From contig JAZSFD010000048.1 of the NCBI GenBank assembly GCA_045532035.1, forward strand, positions 34,755 to 98,754: a stretch of DNA of 64,000 nt, in the 5' to 3' direction. The notes beneath the pieces were generated by a model. That model was not told where the DNA came from and searched no databases. It was given only the letters and a program-made list of their open reading frames with translations. Shown here one piece after another: positions 36,509 to 48,146 of the stretch (the first letter of the stretch is position 1; each line of letters begins with the position of its first letter). The position numbers were made by a program, and so were the translations under genes. This DNA comes from Eubacteriales bacterium (lineage in GTDB: Bacteria; Bacillota; Clostridia; Oscillospirales; CAG-382).

Positions 36509-39500
36509 TTATGCAAGACCTTCGGGCTTGTTGAGCACAACAGGCTCAATGTTGGGGTCAATCACGACCACAACAGCGTTCTGGTCACCCCAACGGTTCT
36601 TGATGGACTTGAGCGAATCATATCCGCAGGTAGCAGTTACGCCCTTGAGGTTGCCGAGAGGCTTGCCTGCTGTCTGGATATAGATGTTCTTGTCAGGCTT
36701 TTCGGTAGAGTTGGAGGGAAGATTGAGCATATAGCCTGTTGCTCTGTCGAAGATGTTGTACTCTGACTTACAGTTTTCGTTGTCCGAAAGAGTGGATCCG
36801 CAATAGAGCTGGCTGGTTCTGTATCTTACGATAGATCCCCAACCGTAGCCGCCGAGTCTGAGAACATTGAAAGAAGAGTTTACATTTCTTGTGATTCTTG
36901 TCCAGGTGTCCTTGGCGCCGTTAAGCTGTTCTGCCTTGGGAGGCGCGTTGTAGAATTCGATACCCCAGAATACATATTCGATGAGGTTGCCGATGTAATC
37001 GACATTTTCCTGGATACAGTCGCCTGTGCTGTTCGAACGCTGATGAGTTACAGCTGTATCATAGATCTGATACATCCAGTTGTTTTCGACACGATAACCG
37101 CTGCAGCCGCCGTAGATCTCAACCGCGTTGCCGTAGTTTGTTACATGCTTTCCGTCGTTATAGTCGAGAACCGATCCGCCGATCCATGAGAAGATGCTGT
37201 TTGTGACGGTTACATTCGAGCAGGTGCCAAAGCCTACGCCGTGACCGCCGCCAAACTTCATCGAAACATTGTCAAGAGTAAAGCCCTTGGGCGAGCCGCC
37301 GAAGATATTGACTCTTTCGCCGATCTCGATCGACTTGAAGCGCTTGCCGGGATTGCCCTCGGTACTGTATACATAAAGATTTGCCTTTGTGGTAAGAGAA
37401 CCACCGGGAAGCTCGGAATAGAACTGGAGGTCACCGCAGAGAGATTCGGGACCTGTTACCCCGTAGGTGTTGGGGTTCATGATGATGCCGTAAAGCTCGT
37501 TGTATGCATCTTCCGAGAAATCATAGATGTCATGGTCAAAGCCGATGACGCCGACATTTATAAGCTTTTCGGTACAGAGATATACATTTTCCCACTCTGT
37601 TTCGACCCAAAGAGCTTCGTCAGCATAGTTTCTTGCCGACTGCATGAGAACAGGCTTTTCACCTGTGCCGTAGGAACCATAGATAGCGCCGTGATAGGTG
37701 GGAACCTGTCCGCGGTAAACACCGCCGCGTTCAAAGAGGAAGGTGGTTCCTGCCTTGGGGAATCTTACCTTCTTGGAGAGAGCCGCAGGAGTCTTCCATG
37801 CGGTTTCGGGAGTCTTACCGTCGTTTTCGTCGCTACCGGACTTTTCGGAAATGTAATATTTCTGGCCGGTCATCTTGTCGCCGTAGATCTCCTCAGTGTT
37901 GGGGGTGTTAAGAATATCCTTCTTCATCTGCTCAGCGATGACATCAACACCTGCGCGGATCTGTGTACCTGTAAGATTTGCGCTCTGCTCGTAAAGACCC
38001 TTAACATAGTCTTCTGCGGAGGAGCCGGAGAGAGTGTAGCCGTCAGCGGCTGTTGCCTTTGTCCATGCAACACCTTCGGGGTTGCAGGCAGCAAGGATCT
38101 GACCGTTTGCCCAGTGGGAAGCAGTATCAGTGAAAGAAACTGCACCTGCCACACCTGTGGGAGCTCTGCCGAGGAAGCGGTTGACCATTGTTACAACTTC
38201 CGCACGGGTGATGTTGTTTTCGGGGCGGAATGTGTTGTCTTCATAGCCTGTAACGATTCCGTTTCCTGCTGCATAATAGATTGCGGAAATATACTTATAA
38301 TTGCTCTTGACATCAGTAAATTCCTTGAGCTTTACCGAAGAAGAAGTTGTTCCGAGTGCTGCAACCTGATAGATGAGCTCTGCAAATTCGGCTCTTGTGA
38401 TGTTCTGTGTGGGGTTGATGATAGTGCCGCCTCTTTCGGAGATGGTATCAAGAAGACCAACCTTTTCAAAGAAGCCGATGTAGGATTCATACCATGCTCC
38501 TTCGGGAACATCGATGAAATTCGACTTTATGTGTCCCTTGATGTTGCTTTCGTCGGTGATAAGTCTCGAAAGAAGAGTGATAGCTTCTGCTCTTGTCATG
38601 TTGTTCTGGGTAAGGAATGTGCCGTTTTCATAGCCCGCAACATAGTTGGCATTTGCGTTGAGAGCGACATTTACCTTTGTTTCAACAACAACTGTCGATT
38701 CACCATCGGGAAGCTGGAAAATATAGTTGTCGGCATTTACCTGGGCTCCGTTGATAATAGCGGTGGAAACGGGGATGCCATAGCTGTCGGTGAAGCAATA
38801 GCCTGTAACTTTTGCACCGTCAAACTGGGGCTCGCAAAGACCACCTGTAAGCTTGATTACCACATCAGCCGAACCGGGAGCAAGCGTTGCAACAGTTTCA
38901 GATCCTGTTATTACGATCTTCTTGCCTGTAACAGTGCCCTTGCCTGCGTTGATGGTGCCACCGAAGTTGCCGCCATTGAGAGCAACAACAACACTACCAT
39001 TGATGGTAGCGCCCGCTTCAGCACCGATGACAGCTTCTGCGATGTTACCGCCGCCGATATTTACGATTACGTTACCGTTGACTGGCCTGCATAGGAGCCG
39101 GCAACAAGCTTTGTGATCTCACCCTCACCGACGGTGAGAGTTGCAGTGCCGTTCATGGTGCCTGCTGTGGCATTGGCGCCAACGACATTCTTGACCTTGC
39201 CGCCGCCAAGCGAAACATAGGTGTTGCCGTTAACAGCCTTGCCGTTGACAGAACCTGCGGCGAGTGTTTCAAAAGAGCCTTCGTTGAGTTCGATAACAGC
39301 AGAACCCGAGGAGAGCTCACCGATGGCAACAGAAGGAGAATCGCGGTATTCAAAGCGTTCGCTATCGGGAACACCATAATGCTCTACATAGTATGTATCC
39401 GACTCGTTGATGGTTTCGAAGCTGAAGCCGTTGGTATAAATATACGCACCGGGAGCAGTTCTCAGCATAACAAAATCAAGGATAAGGTCACCCTCAAGAA

Positions 39501-39867
39501 CGATTTCCATAAGGGGTGCCTCAGCTGTACCCGAAAGATTGAGGAGGTTACCTGTTACCTTTGTTCCCATACCCTTGAGAGTGATAGGCTTTCTGCCTTC
39601 GATATCCTTGAAGTTGGGAAGACTGATGTTTCCGGTAAATACGATGGCGCCGCCTTCCTTGCCGATGGCATTGAAAGCGTCCCCGAAGCTTCTGAATGTC
39701 GCATATTCCTTGCCTTCGTAGTTCATCTTTCCGAAGGAATTAACAAGGGCGATACGCTAGTCATTGATCACAAGCACCTCAGGGTCTGCGGCGGATGCGG
39801 TGAAGGGAACCGCGCAGATCACAAGAAGAAGAGCAAGGATCAGGGATAAAATTCTTGTCTTTTTCAT
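36509..39867 (-). pseudogene. Large secreted SLH-domain / right-handed beta-helix surface protein, interrupted
   Basis: A signal peptide (MKKTRILSLILALLLVICAVPFTASA) starts at 39867 after AAGGAG. An in-frame TAG lies at 39757-39759. The frame changes somewhere in 39067-39124, between ORF 39067..39726 and ORF 36509..38863. Three SLH repeats are present (NMTRAEAITLLSRL, NITRAEFAELIYQV, NITRAEVVTMVNRF). Confidence 0.6.
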
Positions 39868-40188
39868 TTTGGTCTCCTTTTAAGAAATTTCCGTCTTTGA
39901 CGGACTTACATTATTATATCATATTACAGAGATTTTCACAAGAAAAACCGCTCGGGTATCTTTGACAAAATTGATTTTTGTTTTTTGTGGATTGTGTATA
40001 TCTCCCCTTGCTTTTTTAATTATATTTTAAGGTAAAAAGAATATTATATTCAAATGTTTACAAAGATGTGTATAAATTTTCTGTGCTGTATAATATAATA
40101 TATAATGAATGTTTATGTACATTCGCAATTTACAGGCTGCAAACTCAGACATAGAAATTTTATGAAAGGCAAAAGGCACATAAAAACC

Positions 40189-40791
40189 ATGAAAAAAACA
40201 CCAAATTTCAAAAAGGCCGCGGTTCTCCTTTTGACAACAGGCATTCTTTTCACCGCCTCCTGCACAGGAAAACAGGCAGCAAACGCAGGTGAAATCGTTG
40301 CAGAGCCCGACGGACGCGACTATACCTTCACATACCCGTCTGACTGGAGCATTCTTCGCGAAGACAGTATGTATGCCATCGAATCCCCCTCTGTAACAGT
40401 TGAGAAAAAGGAAAAAAGCTCCAACATTTCGGTTCTTTCGGCAGTTATTTATGACAAGGCTGAGGAATATGCCAACATCGACGAAACCGAGCTCCTCAAC
40501 GCTTATGTCCCCAAATATATGGACACCGTAAAGGCTGAATTCGGCTCGACCGAATATGACGGAAACATGACAGATGTTGAAATATCGGGCAAAACCGGCA
40601 AAAAGGTCACATACAGCTATAAGGATCCTTTCACCGGTGAAGAGTTCTTGTTCGAAACGGTCTTTGCACTTCTCAAGACCAACAATTACTGCTATTGCTA
40701 TTATCTCACCTACACCGCCAACGGAAAAGAAGCTTTTGATGCATTCCACGGAGGCTTTGACAAGGTGATCTCAAGCTTCGACTTTAACTGA
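40189..40791 (+). CDS. Secreted lipoprotein, function unknown
   Basis: Trimmed to MKKTPNFKKAAVLLLTTGILFTASC (lipobox). Confidence 0.5.
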   Translation: MKKTPNFKKAAVLLLTTGILFTASCTGKQAANAGEIVAEPDGRDYTFTYPSDWSILREDSMYAIESPSVTVEKKEKSSNISVLSAVIYDKAEEYANIDETELLNAYVPKYMDTVKAEFGSTEYDGNMTDVEISGKTGKKVTYSYKDPFTGEEFLFETVFALLKTNNYCYCYYLTYTANGKEAFDAFHGGFDKVISSFDFN

Positions 40792-40824
40792 GCATTTTGT
40801 GAAACTTACAGGAGAAATTAACTT

Positions 40825-43629
40825 ATGTCAATCATAACAAAAATATTCGGAACCCACAGCGAGCGCGAGGTAAAGAAGCTCACAAGGCTTCTTGATGCCA
40901 TCGATGCTCTTTCGGACAAATACAAAAATATGTCGGAGGCCCAGCTGCGGGGCAGCACCGAGATTTTCAGAAACCGTCTTGCAGAAGGTGAGACCCTTGA
41001 CGATATTCTTCCGGACGCTTTTGCCGCGGTGCGCGAGGCTTCCTGGAGAGTGCTCGGCAAGCGACACTACCGCGTTCAGCTCATCGGCGGAATCATTCTT
41101 CATCAGGGACGCATTGCCGAGATGAAGACCGGTGAAGGAAAGACTCTCATGGCGACACTTCCCGCATACCTCAACGCCCTTTCGGGAAAAGGTGTTCATG
41201 TCGTCACCGTAAATGACTATCTCGCCCGCCGCGACAGCGAATGGATGGGAAAGGTATATAATTACCTCGGACTTTCGGTCGGACTCATCGTCAACGGACT
41301 CAAAAACTCTGTCCGCCGCGAGGCATATGCCTGCGACATCACCTACGGCACCAACAACGAATTCGGATTCGACTATCTGCGCGACAACATGGTCGCATAC
41401 AAAGAAGACATGGTCCAACGCGGCCATGCCTTTGCCATTGTCGACGAGGTCGACTCAATCCTTATCGACGAGGCAAGAACTCCCCTTATCATTTCGGGTA
41501 CTGCCGAAAAGTCAAACGAGCTTTATGTTTCGGTGGACAAGTTTGTCAGAGGACTTCGCCTGACAAAGGTCAAGGAGCTTGACGACAAACAGCAGAACGA
41601 TCAGATGGACGGCGATTATATCGTCGACGAAAAAGCCCGCACAGTCGTGCTCACCGCCTCGGGTATCAAAAAGGCAGAGCAGCATTTCGGCATCGAAAAC
41701 CTTTCCGATCCCGAAAATATTACTCTTTCTCACCATATCAACCAAGCTATCCGTGCCCACGGCATCATGAGCAACGACATAGATTATGTGGTAAAGGACG
41801 ACGAGGTGCTCATCGTAGACACCTTCACCGGCCGTATCATGCAGGGAAGACGCTATTCCAACGGTCTGCATCAGGCCATCGAAGCAAAAGAAGGCGTAAA
41901 GATCAAGAACGAATCGCGCACCCTTGCCACCATCACCTTCCAGAACTATTTCCGCATGTACACAAAGCTTTCGGGCATGACAGGTACTGCTCTTACCGAG
42001 GAAGAGGAATTCCGCGGCATTTATAACCTTGATGTCGTTGAGATCCCCACAAATAAGCCTATGATAAGACGCGATCTGCCCGACTCGGTCTTTGTTTCCG
42101 AAAAGGGAAAGCTTGCCGCCATCGTACGCCAAATCAAGGAATGTCACGACAAGGGACAGCCCGTTCTTGTGGGTACCGTTTCAATCGAAAAATCGGAACA
42201 GCTGTCGGCCCTTCTCAAAAAGGTGGGTATTCCCCACACTGTACTCAACGCAAAGTATCACGAACGCGAGGCGGAGATCGTCGCACAGGCAGGTAAATTC
42301 GGAGCTGTCACCATCTCAACCAACATGGCAGGACGAGGCACCGACATCATGCTTGGCGGAAATCCCGAATTTATGGCAAAGAACGAGATGAGAAAGCAGG
42401 GACGCACCGACGAAGAAATCAGTGCCGCCACAAGCTATTTTGCCACCGCCGACGAGGAGATCATCGCTCTTCGCGAGGAATACTCAGCATATCTCAAAAA
42501 ATATGAAGAAGAAATCGCTCCCGAGGCAAAGAAGGTCGTCGAGGCAGGAGGTCTTTTCATTCTCGGCACCGAGCGCCACGAAAGCCGCCGAATCGACAAT
42601 CAGTTAAGAGGCCGTTCGGGACGCCAGGGCGACCCCGGAGCCTCCCTTTTCTGCCTGTCGCTTGAAGATGACCTCATGCGTCTTTTCGGCGGAGAAAATA
42701 TCATAAACATGGTCAGACGCCTCGGCATCGGAGAGGACGAGCCTATCAGCGCATCTATCCTTTCCAACTCCATCGAATCGGCACAGAAGCGTCTTGAGGG
42801 TCAAAACTATGACCGCAGAAAGACTGTCCTCATGTATGATGACATCATGAATCAGCAGCGCGAAAAGATCTATGGTCAGCGCCGCGATGTTCTTGAGGGG
42901 GCAGATATCAAGGGAACCATCCTTACCATGATTGAAGATTATGTCCGCGACACCGTGTTCCAATATCTCAAAGGTGATGTTCCCGATGAATGGAATTTTG
43001 AATCATTAAGATCCGCTTTCCTCGGCTATATTACCACAGAGGAAGATTTCAGATATACAAGAGAAGATTTTGACCGCATCACCCGTGAGGAAATCGAAGA
43101 TCTCCTTGTGGAGCGCGCCATAAAGCTCTACGAGTCCAAAGAGGAGCTCTTCCCTGACGGCAAGCTTCGCGATGTGGAACGCTCTGTACTTTTGCGTTCG
43201 GTTGATGAGTCCTGGGTCGAACACATCTCTGCGATGGACGATCTGCGCGGAAGCATCGGTCTGCGCGCCTACGGTCAGGTCAAACCGATTGACGCATATC
43301 ACCGCGAGGGCTCGCAGATGTTTGAGGAAATGGTTGCTAACATCCGCGAACAAACAGCAAAGAGAATGCTTTCTGTTGTGCCTGTATCACAGGTCGAAAG
43401 ACTTGACATTTCAAAAACAATCGTCGGTGCAAAGCAGGCGGAAGCGGGAAATGTCACTGCAGTTCAGCAAAACAGAGTGCCGCAGTCAAGCGTTTACGGC
43501 TCGGCGGCAAAGCCTCAGGCAACAAAAGAGCCTGTGCGCGTAACCAAGGTCGGCAGAAACGATCCCTGCCCCTGCGGAAGTGGAAAGAAATATAAGAAGT
43601 GCTGCGGGCTCAACGAGTCTGACGAATAA
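40825..43629 (+). CDS. secA: Preprotein translocase ATPase SecA
   Basis: 934 aa with Walker [13 protein letters not shown]-like DEVDS, and the C-terminal zinc motif [14 protein letters not shown]. Confidence 0.97.
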   Translation: MSIITKIFGTHSEREVKKLTRLLDAIDALSDKYKNMSEAQLRGSTEIFRNRLAEGETLDDILPDAFAAVREASWRVLGKRHYRVQLIGGIILHQGRIAEMKTGEGKTLMATLPAYLNALSGKGVHVVTVNDYLARRDSEWMGKVYNYLGLSVGLIVNGLKNSVRREAYACDITYGTNNEFGFDYLRDNMVAYKEDMVQRGHAFAIVDEVDSILIDEARTPLIISGTAEKSNELYVSVDKFVRGLRLTKVKELDDKQQNDQMDGDYIVDEKARTVVLTASGIKKAEQHFGIENLSDPENITLSHHINQAIRAHGIMSNDIDYVVKDDEVLIVDTFTGRIMQGRRYSNGLHQAIEAKEGVKIKNESRTLATITFQNYFRMYTKLSGMTGTALTEEEEFRGIYNLDVVEIPTNKPMIRRDLPDSVFVSEKGKLAAIVRQIKECHDKGQPVLVGTVSIEKSEQLSALLKKVGIPHTVLNAKYHEREAEIVAQAGKFGAVTISTNMAGRGTDIMLGGNPEFMAKNEMRKQGRTDEEISAATSYFATADEEIIALREEYSAYLKKYEEEIAPEAKKVVEAGGLFILGTERHESRRIDNQLRGRSGRQGDPGASLFCLSLEDDLMRLFGGENIINMVRRLGIGEDEPISASILSNSIESAQKRLEGQNYDRRKTVLMYDDIMNQQREKIYGQRRDVLEGADIKGTILTMIEDYVRDTVFQYLKGDVPDEWNFESLRSAFLGYITTEEDFRYTREDFDRITREEIEDLLVERAIKLYESKEELFPDGKLRDVERSVLLRSVDESWVEHISAMDDLRGSIGLRAYGQVKPIDAYHREGSQMFEEMVANIREQTAKRMLSVVPVSQVERLDISKTIVGAKQAEAGNVTAVQQNRVPQSSVYGSAAKPQATKEPVRVTKVGRNDPCPCGSGKKYKKCCGLNESDE

Positions 43630-43720
43630 TTACGCGCGGAGCATCGCTCAAAAGAGGCACTGCTTCAAATCATATAATTAAGCTCGGTTTTTCCGGGCTT
43701 TGAAAACGGAGTTCAGAAAA

Positions 43721-44407
43721 ATGGGATTTGGATTGCTTTTGGTCGGCTACATCACCTTACTGGCGATGAAGATCGTCCCTATCGAAATAGTAGGTTTTTT
43801 TGTGATGTATCTTGCTCTCGACAAGTTAGAGGTGCAGGAAAAGTCGTTCAGATATGCAAAATACGCCGCGATATATATGTTTCTCGAACAAATCCTCGGT
43901 TCAATGTCCTGGTTGCAGGAAGTCACGGGGCATGAGATGGGGTTTGTTTCCCATCCGACATTTGCCACGGTTGAAAACCTTCTTTATCACATCGGACTTT
44001 TGATCTTCCACCTTTTGCTGCATCTCGGCATCCGAAACATATCGAGAAATGTCGGATACACAAAAGCTGTCGGAAGGGTTCGCGTTGCGGCTGTGGCAAC
44101 AGCGGTATTTTATGTGGCACATTTTTGTGCAGCTGTCGTCCCCGGCGCGCAGATAATGGCTCTCCCGCTGGGTATCTATCAGATTTTGCTCCTTTTCTTC
44201 AACATTTTTATTCTGCTCGGATGCTACATGATGATCGTCACCGACGAAATGCTTGAAAAAGAAGAGAAGAAATACAACGAATTTCTTGAGAAAAACAAGA
44301 AATTCAAAAAGGGCAAAAAAGACCTTGCAAAACAGGCAATAAAAAACAATACAAAAAAATCAAACGGAAATAAACAGATCTTCAAGGCAACCAAAGCAAA
44401 GAAATAA
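43721..44407 (+). CDS. Multi-pass membrane protein with Lys-rich tail, function unknown
   Basis: Start taken at the ATG at 43721 (MGFGLLLVGY). Its N-terminus is similar to that of the next gene. Confidence 0.4.
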   Translation: MGFGLLLVGYITLLAMKIVPIEIVGFFVMYLALDKLEVQEKSFRYAKYAAIYMFLEQILGSMSWLQEVTGHEMGFVSHPTFATVENLLYHIGLLIFHLLLHLGIRNISRNVGYTKAVGRVRVAAVATAVFYVAHFCAAVVPGAQIMALPLGIYQILLLFFNIFILLGCYMMIVTDEMLEKEEKKYNEFLEKNKKFKKGKKDLAKQAIKNNTKKSNGNKQIFKATKAKK

Positions 44408-44460
44408 TACACGGATTCCAACCACAGAACAAAATATCATACAATAAAGGTAGGTTTCAA

Positions 44461-45822
44461 ATGGGCTTCAGGCTGATATTTGCGGGGCTTGTGTTTTTCT
44501 TCAATCCCTGCATCAACCTCTTTGACATTTTCCCCGACTTTATCGGTTGCATTCTGATAAGCGCCGGACTTCATAAGCTCGCTGATGTTGAAGGCAGATT
44601 CTTCTCGGCGCGACAGATCTCAAATCGTCTTATCGCCATCTATCTTTCCAAAATGTTTTTCTGGGTCTACGCCTTCGGTTCCTGGAAGGACGGATTTTTG
44701 CCCCTGACCTTCATCTATGCTGTCATCGAAATAATCATGATGATAGGTCTTTGCTCGTCGCTTTACAGCGGCATCGAATATACCGCCAATCTCCACGGAG
44801 GCGACCGTCATCTCTCGGGCATAAGCACTGTCAGCAAATATACCGTCATATTTATGGTGGTCAAGAATGCACTCGCGTTTATTCCCGAAGCTTTTGAACT
44901 GGCAAGACCATCGCAAAGCGATCTGTCATATCACATTGATCCTGTTGTGACCATTGCTGATTATAAGCAATACGCTGTGATTTTCTTCACTGTTCTTGTG
45001 TTGATTCTCGGCGTTTATTATATAATTGTAAATCACAGGTTTTTTTCAAACCTCGCGCGCGACAAGGCTTTTTGTGCAAATTTAAAAAATATCTATGACA
45101 CAAATGTAACATCCAACGAAAAGCTTGTTCTCAGCCGCAGGTTCAGAAGATTCTTTGCCATCATAACTGTCGCGGCATTTCTGACAATAGATTTCACTCC
45201 CGATTCAATAAATGTTATTCCGGACACCATCTGTTATGCACTCATTTTCTCGGCATTTCTCTGTCTTGGCGGAAAAAAGAAAGCTCCTGTTCTTATCAGC
45301 ATTCCGTTGATGCTCGTGTCGGTTGCTACTCTCATCTTCAGAAGCTGGAGTGATGCGGGAGTAAACCGCATTATGGGATACGAAACATACAATGTTGGCA
45401 GGATTAGACTGGTGGAGAACGGCGAAGCCATCCTCACCGGAGCACTACTGATCACTGTCGAAATGCTGCTTTTTGTTGTACTTGTGGGAGCTGCCATGAA
45501 GCGTGCGCAAAAGCTTTATGCAGATGCTACGGGCGACACCATTTCGGTTGCGTTTCCTACCGTCTGCGCGGTGCTTGTGGGGGGTGTCTCGGCAGTGTCC
45601 TATGTCTGCCCATATACCAAAGCGTTTTATCATTACGGATATATAAACAACACTTTGACCGGAGGTCATCTTGAAATACTGTCACAGCGTTTTGAGTTTG
45701 TACAGGGAATATCCAATATATCAACCTTCTTTGCAGTTCTGCTTTTTGCATACAGCATATATTATAATTCAAGAAAGGTGGATCTGCGCTTCAATCTGCA
45801 CTTCCATACCAATCCCATATGA
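44461..45822 (+). CDS. Multi-pass membrane protein, function unknown
   Basis: 453 aa with about 10 hydrophobic segments. Its stop overlaps the alaX start (ATGA). Confidence 0.45.
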   Translation: MGFRLIFAGLVFFFNPCINLFDIFPDFIGCILISAGLHKLADVEGRFFSARQISNRLIAIYLSKMFFWVYAFGSWKDGFLPLTFIYAVIEIIMMIGLCSSLYSGIEYTANLHGGDRHLSGISTVSKYTVIFMVVKNALAFIPEAFELARPSQSDLSYHIDPVVTIADYKQYAVIFFTVLVLILGVYYIIVNHRFFSNLARDKAFCANLKNIYDTNVTSNEKLVLSRRFRRFFAIITVAAFLTIDFTPDSINVIPDTICYALIFSAFLCLGGKKKAPVLISIPLMLVSVATLIFRSWSDAGVNRIMGYETYNVGRIRLVENGEAILTGALLITVEMLLFVVLVGAAMKRAQKLYADATGDTISVAFPTVCAVLVGGVSAVSYVCPYTKAFYHYGYINNTLTGGHLEILSQRFEFVQGISNISTFFAVLLFAYSIYYNSRKVDLRFNLHFHTNPI

Positions 45823-46991
45823 TTACAAGAACAATAAAGCTTTATGACACCGATGCATACGCAACAGAGTTCGATGCATCGGTTTTGTCCTGTGAAAAAG
45901 TTGACGCGAGATACGCCGTCATTCTTGACAAAACCCTGTTTTTCCCCGAGGAAGGCGGGCAATCCTGTGATACAGGAACGCTCTCGGGCATTCCTGTTTC
46001 ATCAGTGGAGATTTCTGATGGTATTATTATCCATTATCTGAGTTCTCCATTGGTCGTGGGCGAAAAAGTTTCCGGCAGAATTGATTTTTCCCGACGCTAC
46101 CGCAATATGCAGCACCATTCGGGCGAGCACATAGTATCAGGCCTTGTCAACAAAACCTTCGGATATAACAATGTTGGCTTTCATCTTGGCAAAACCGATA
46201 TGACGATGGACTACGACGGCGAATTATGCGCCACAGACATTCAAGTTGTTGAAGATGCCGCAAATGCTGCAATTTATAAAAACATCGAAATCATAGCGCA
46301 TTACCCTGATTCGAGCGTTCTACAAAGCCTTGAATACAGAAGCAAGCTTGATCTCTCCGAAAATGTGCGAATCGTTACCATTGGAGACTGTGATGTCTGC
46401 GCCTGTTGTGCGCCTCATGTTGCACGAACCGGTGAGATAGGAATAATTAAGATCGTCGATTTTTACCGCTACAAGGGCGGCACTCGCCTCCATGCGCTTT
46501 GTGGAGCCGATGCCCTTTCGGATTACCGCGAAAGACTGTCGGTAACAGCCTCTCTCACAGCACTTCTCTCGACCAAAACTGCGGCTATCGTTGATTCGGT
46601 CAGAAATCTTCAGTCCGAAAACAGTCGTCTTTCGAGCCAGCTTACCGCTATGACCAAGAAATATTGCCTTGCGATTGCCGAAGCAGTGAGTGAAGAGGCC
46701 AGCCCCTATCTGCTCTTCGATGAGCAGATAGGGGCTGGCGGTATGAGGATCATCGCCAATGCTGTTGCAAAAAAACGCCGTTGGTGTGCAGTTTTTGACA
46801 AGACAGCGAAGAACAAATACAATTTTATTATTGCCTCCGAGCATAATTGCGCAAAAGAAATACTTTCGGAACTTACCGAAAAAATCTCAGCCCGAGGCGG
46901 CGGCTCCGGCAGTATGGTGCAGGGGTCTGTTGAAGCTTCCGAAAAGGATATAGAGGCGGCTCTCAAAACACACATTTTCAATAGGAATTAA
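45819..46991 (+). CDS. alaX: Alanyl-tRNA editing protein, AlaX-L type
   Basis: Zinc/editing motifs HSGEHIVS and CCAPHV, with a C-terminal DHHA1-like region. Confidence 0.8.
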   Translation: MITRTIKLYDTDAYATEFDASVLSCEKVDARYAVILDKTLFFPEEGGQSCDTGTLSGIPVSSVEISDGIIIHYLSSPLVVGEKVSGRIDFSRRYRNMQHHSGEHIVSGLVNKTFGYNNVGFHLGKTDMTMDYDGELCATDIQVVEDAANAAIYKNIEIIAHYPDSSVLQSLEYRSKLDLSENVRIVTIGDCDVCACCAPHVARTGEIGIIKIVDFYRYKGGTRLHALCGADALSDYRERLSVTASLTALLSTKTAAIVDSVRNLQSENSRLSSQLTAMTKKYCLAIAEAVSEEASPYLLFDEQIGAGGMRIIANAVAKKRRWCAVFDKTAKNKYNFIIASEHNCAKEILSELTEKISARGGGSGSMVQGSVEASEKDIEAALKTHIFNRN

Positions 46992-47014
46992 ATTTTACAT
47001 CAGGGGAATTATAT

Positions 47015-48121
47015 ATGCGAAAAATTATCGTTGATTTTGCAAAGAAGAATACCGTATTCTTGATCGCGCTTGTGGCGGCGGCGATCACCTGCTTCATAAT
47101 TCCGCCTGACAGCGCATACCTTTCATATTTTGATTTCAAAACACTGACCTGCCTTTTTTGCGTACTCGCAGTGGTATGCGCTTTGAAAAACATTAATTTT
47201 TTCTATATTCTCGCACAGGAAATCGTCAAAAAGTTCAAAAACGCCAGGCGTGCCGTAATCGCACTTGTATACATAACTTTTATCGGCTCAATGTTTATCG
47301 CAAATGATATGGCTCTGCTTACCTTTTTGCCGCTGGGATACATGATACTTACAACCACCGGCAAAGAAAAATACATGGCCATAACATTCATCCTCCTAAA
47401 TATCGCCGCAAATCTCGGCGGAATGCTGACACCTTTCGGGAATCCGCAAAACTTGTTTCTTTATACCAAATTTGATATTCCGACGGGTGAGTTTATGCTC
47501 ATTATGCTCCCTCCTTTCGCGATTTCAATAGCGCTGATAACACTCTGCTGTTTTTTGATTAAAGCCGAGCCTTTGGAGTTTTCGGGAATATCATATAGAA
47601 TAGATAGGAAAAAGACTTCGTTTTATTTGATTCTTTTTGCCATATCAATAATAATCGTTTTCAGATTCATTCCGTACCGGGTGGGGCTTGTGATAATTCC
47701 CCTCTGCTTACTCTTCACCGACCGCAAGGCGCTGCTTCAGGTCGATTACGGACTGCTCGGAACCTTCGCAGCATTCTTCGTTTTTGCAGGCAACATGGCG
47801 CGGATTCCGGCGGTACAGCAATTTTTTTCAAAACTTCTCGAAAAGAGTACGCTTCTTGTGTCGATACTTTCATGCCAGGTCATCAGTAATGTTCCGTCGG
47901 CAGTCCTTTTATCGCAATTTACCGAAAATTACCACGAGCTTTTGCTCGGAGTTAATATCGGAGGCGCCGGAACACTTATCGCGTCTCTTGCAAGCCTCAT
48001 AACATTTCGTGAATACATTAAAAGCAATCCCACCGAAGGCTTATATTATATCGGTCTCTTTTCGGTTTTCAACTTCGGATTCGTAATAATACTCGGCGGT
48101 ATAATGCTTTTGATCGGATAA
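47015..48121 (+). CDS. Anion permease, ArsB/NhaD (CitMHS-like) superfamily
   Basis: 368 aa and polytopic, with the PFGNPQNLFLY motif. Confidence 0.6.
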   Translation: MRKIIVDFAKKNTVFLIALVAAAITCFIIPPDSAYLSYFDFKTLTCLFCVLAVVCALKNINFFYILAQEIVKKFKNARRAVIALVYITFIGSMFIANDMALLTFLPLGYMILTTTGKEKYMAITFILLNIAANLGGMLTPFGNPQNLFLYTKFDIPTGEFMLIMLPPFAISIALITLCCFLIKAEPLEFSGISYRIDRKKTSFYLILFAISIIIVFRFIPYRVGLVIIPLCLLFTDRKALLQVDYGLLGTFAAFFVFAGNMARIPAVQQFFSKLLEKSTLLVSILSCQVISNVPSAVLLSQFTENYHELLLGVNIGGAGTLIASLASLITFREYIKSNPTEGLYYIGLFSVFNFGFVIILGGIMLLIG

Positions 48122-48146
48122 CATATTATAAAAGTAGGAATAGACA

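Noticed and set aside
37241-39094. 617-aa plus-strand ORF opposite the SLH/beta-helix gene
   Set aside because: The minus strand carries a signal peptide, three SLH repeats and a beta-helix repeat pattern. The plus-strand product is compositionally odd, has no RBS context and has no motif.
39757-39759. In-frame TAG as a pyrrolysine or programmed read-through codon
   Set aside because: No pyl genes or read-through context are visible in the window. The same gene also carries a frameshift, so a nonsense mutation or a sequencing error is the simpler explanation.
39890-39904. TCCGTCTTTGACGGA hairpin in the 5' UTR of the SLH gene as a fourth copy of the island palindrome
   Set aside because: The arm length (6 bp TCCGTC/GACGGA) and the centre differ from the island 14-mer TCCGT(T/C)TA(G/A)ACGGA. 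The resemblance is probably chance, from a short GC-rich stem.
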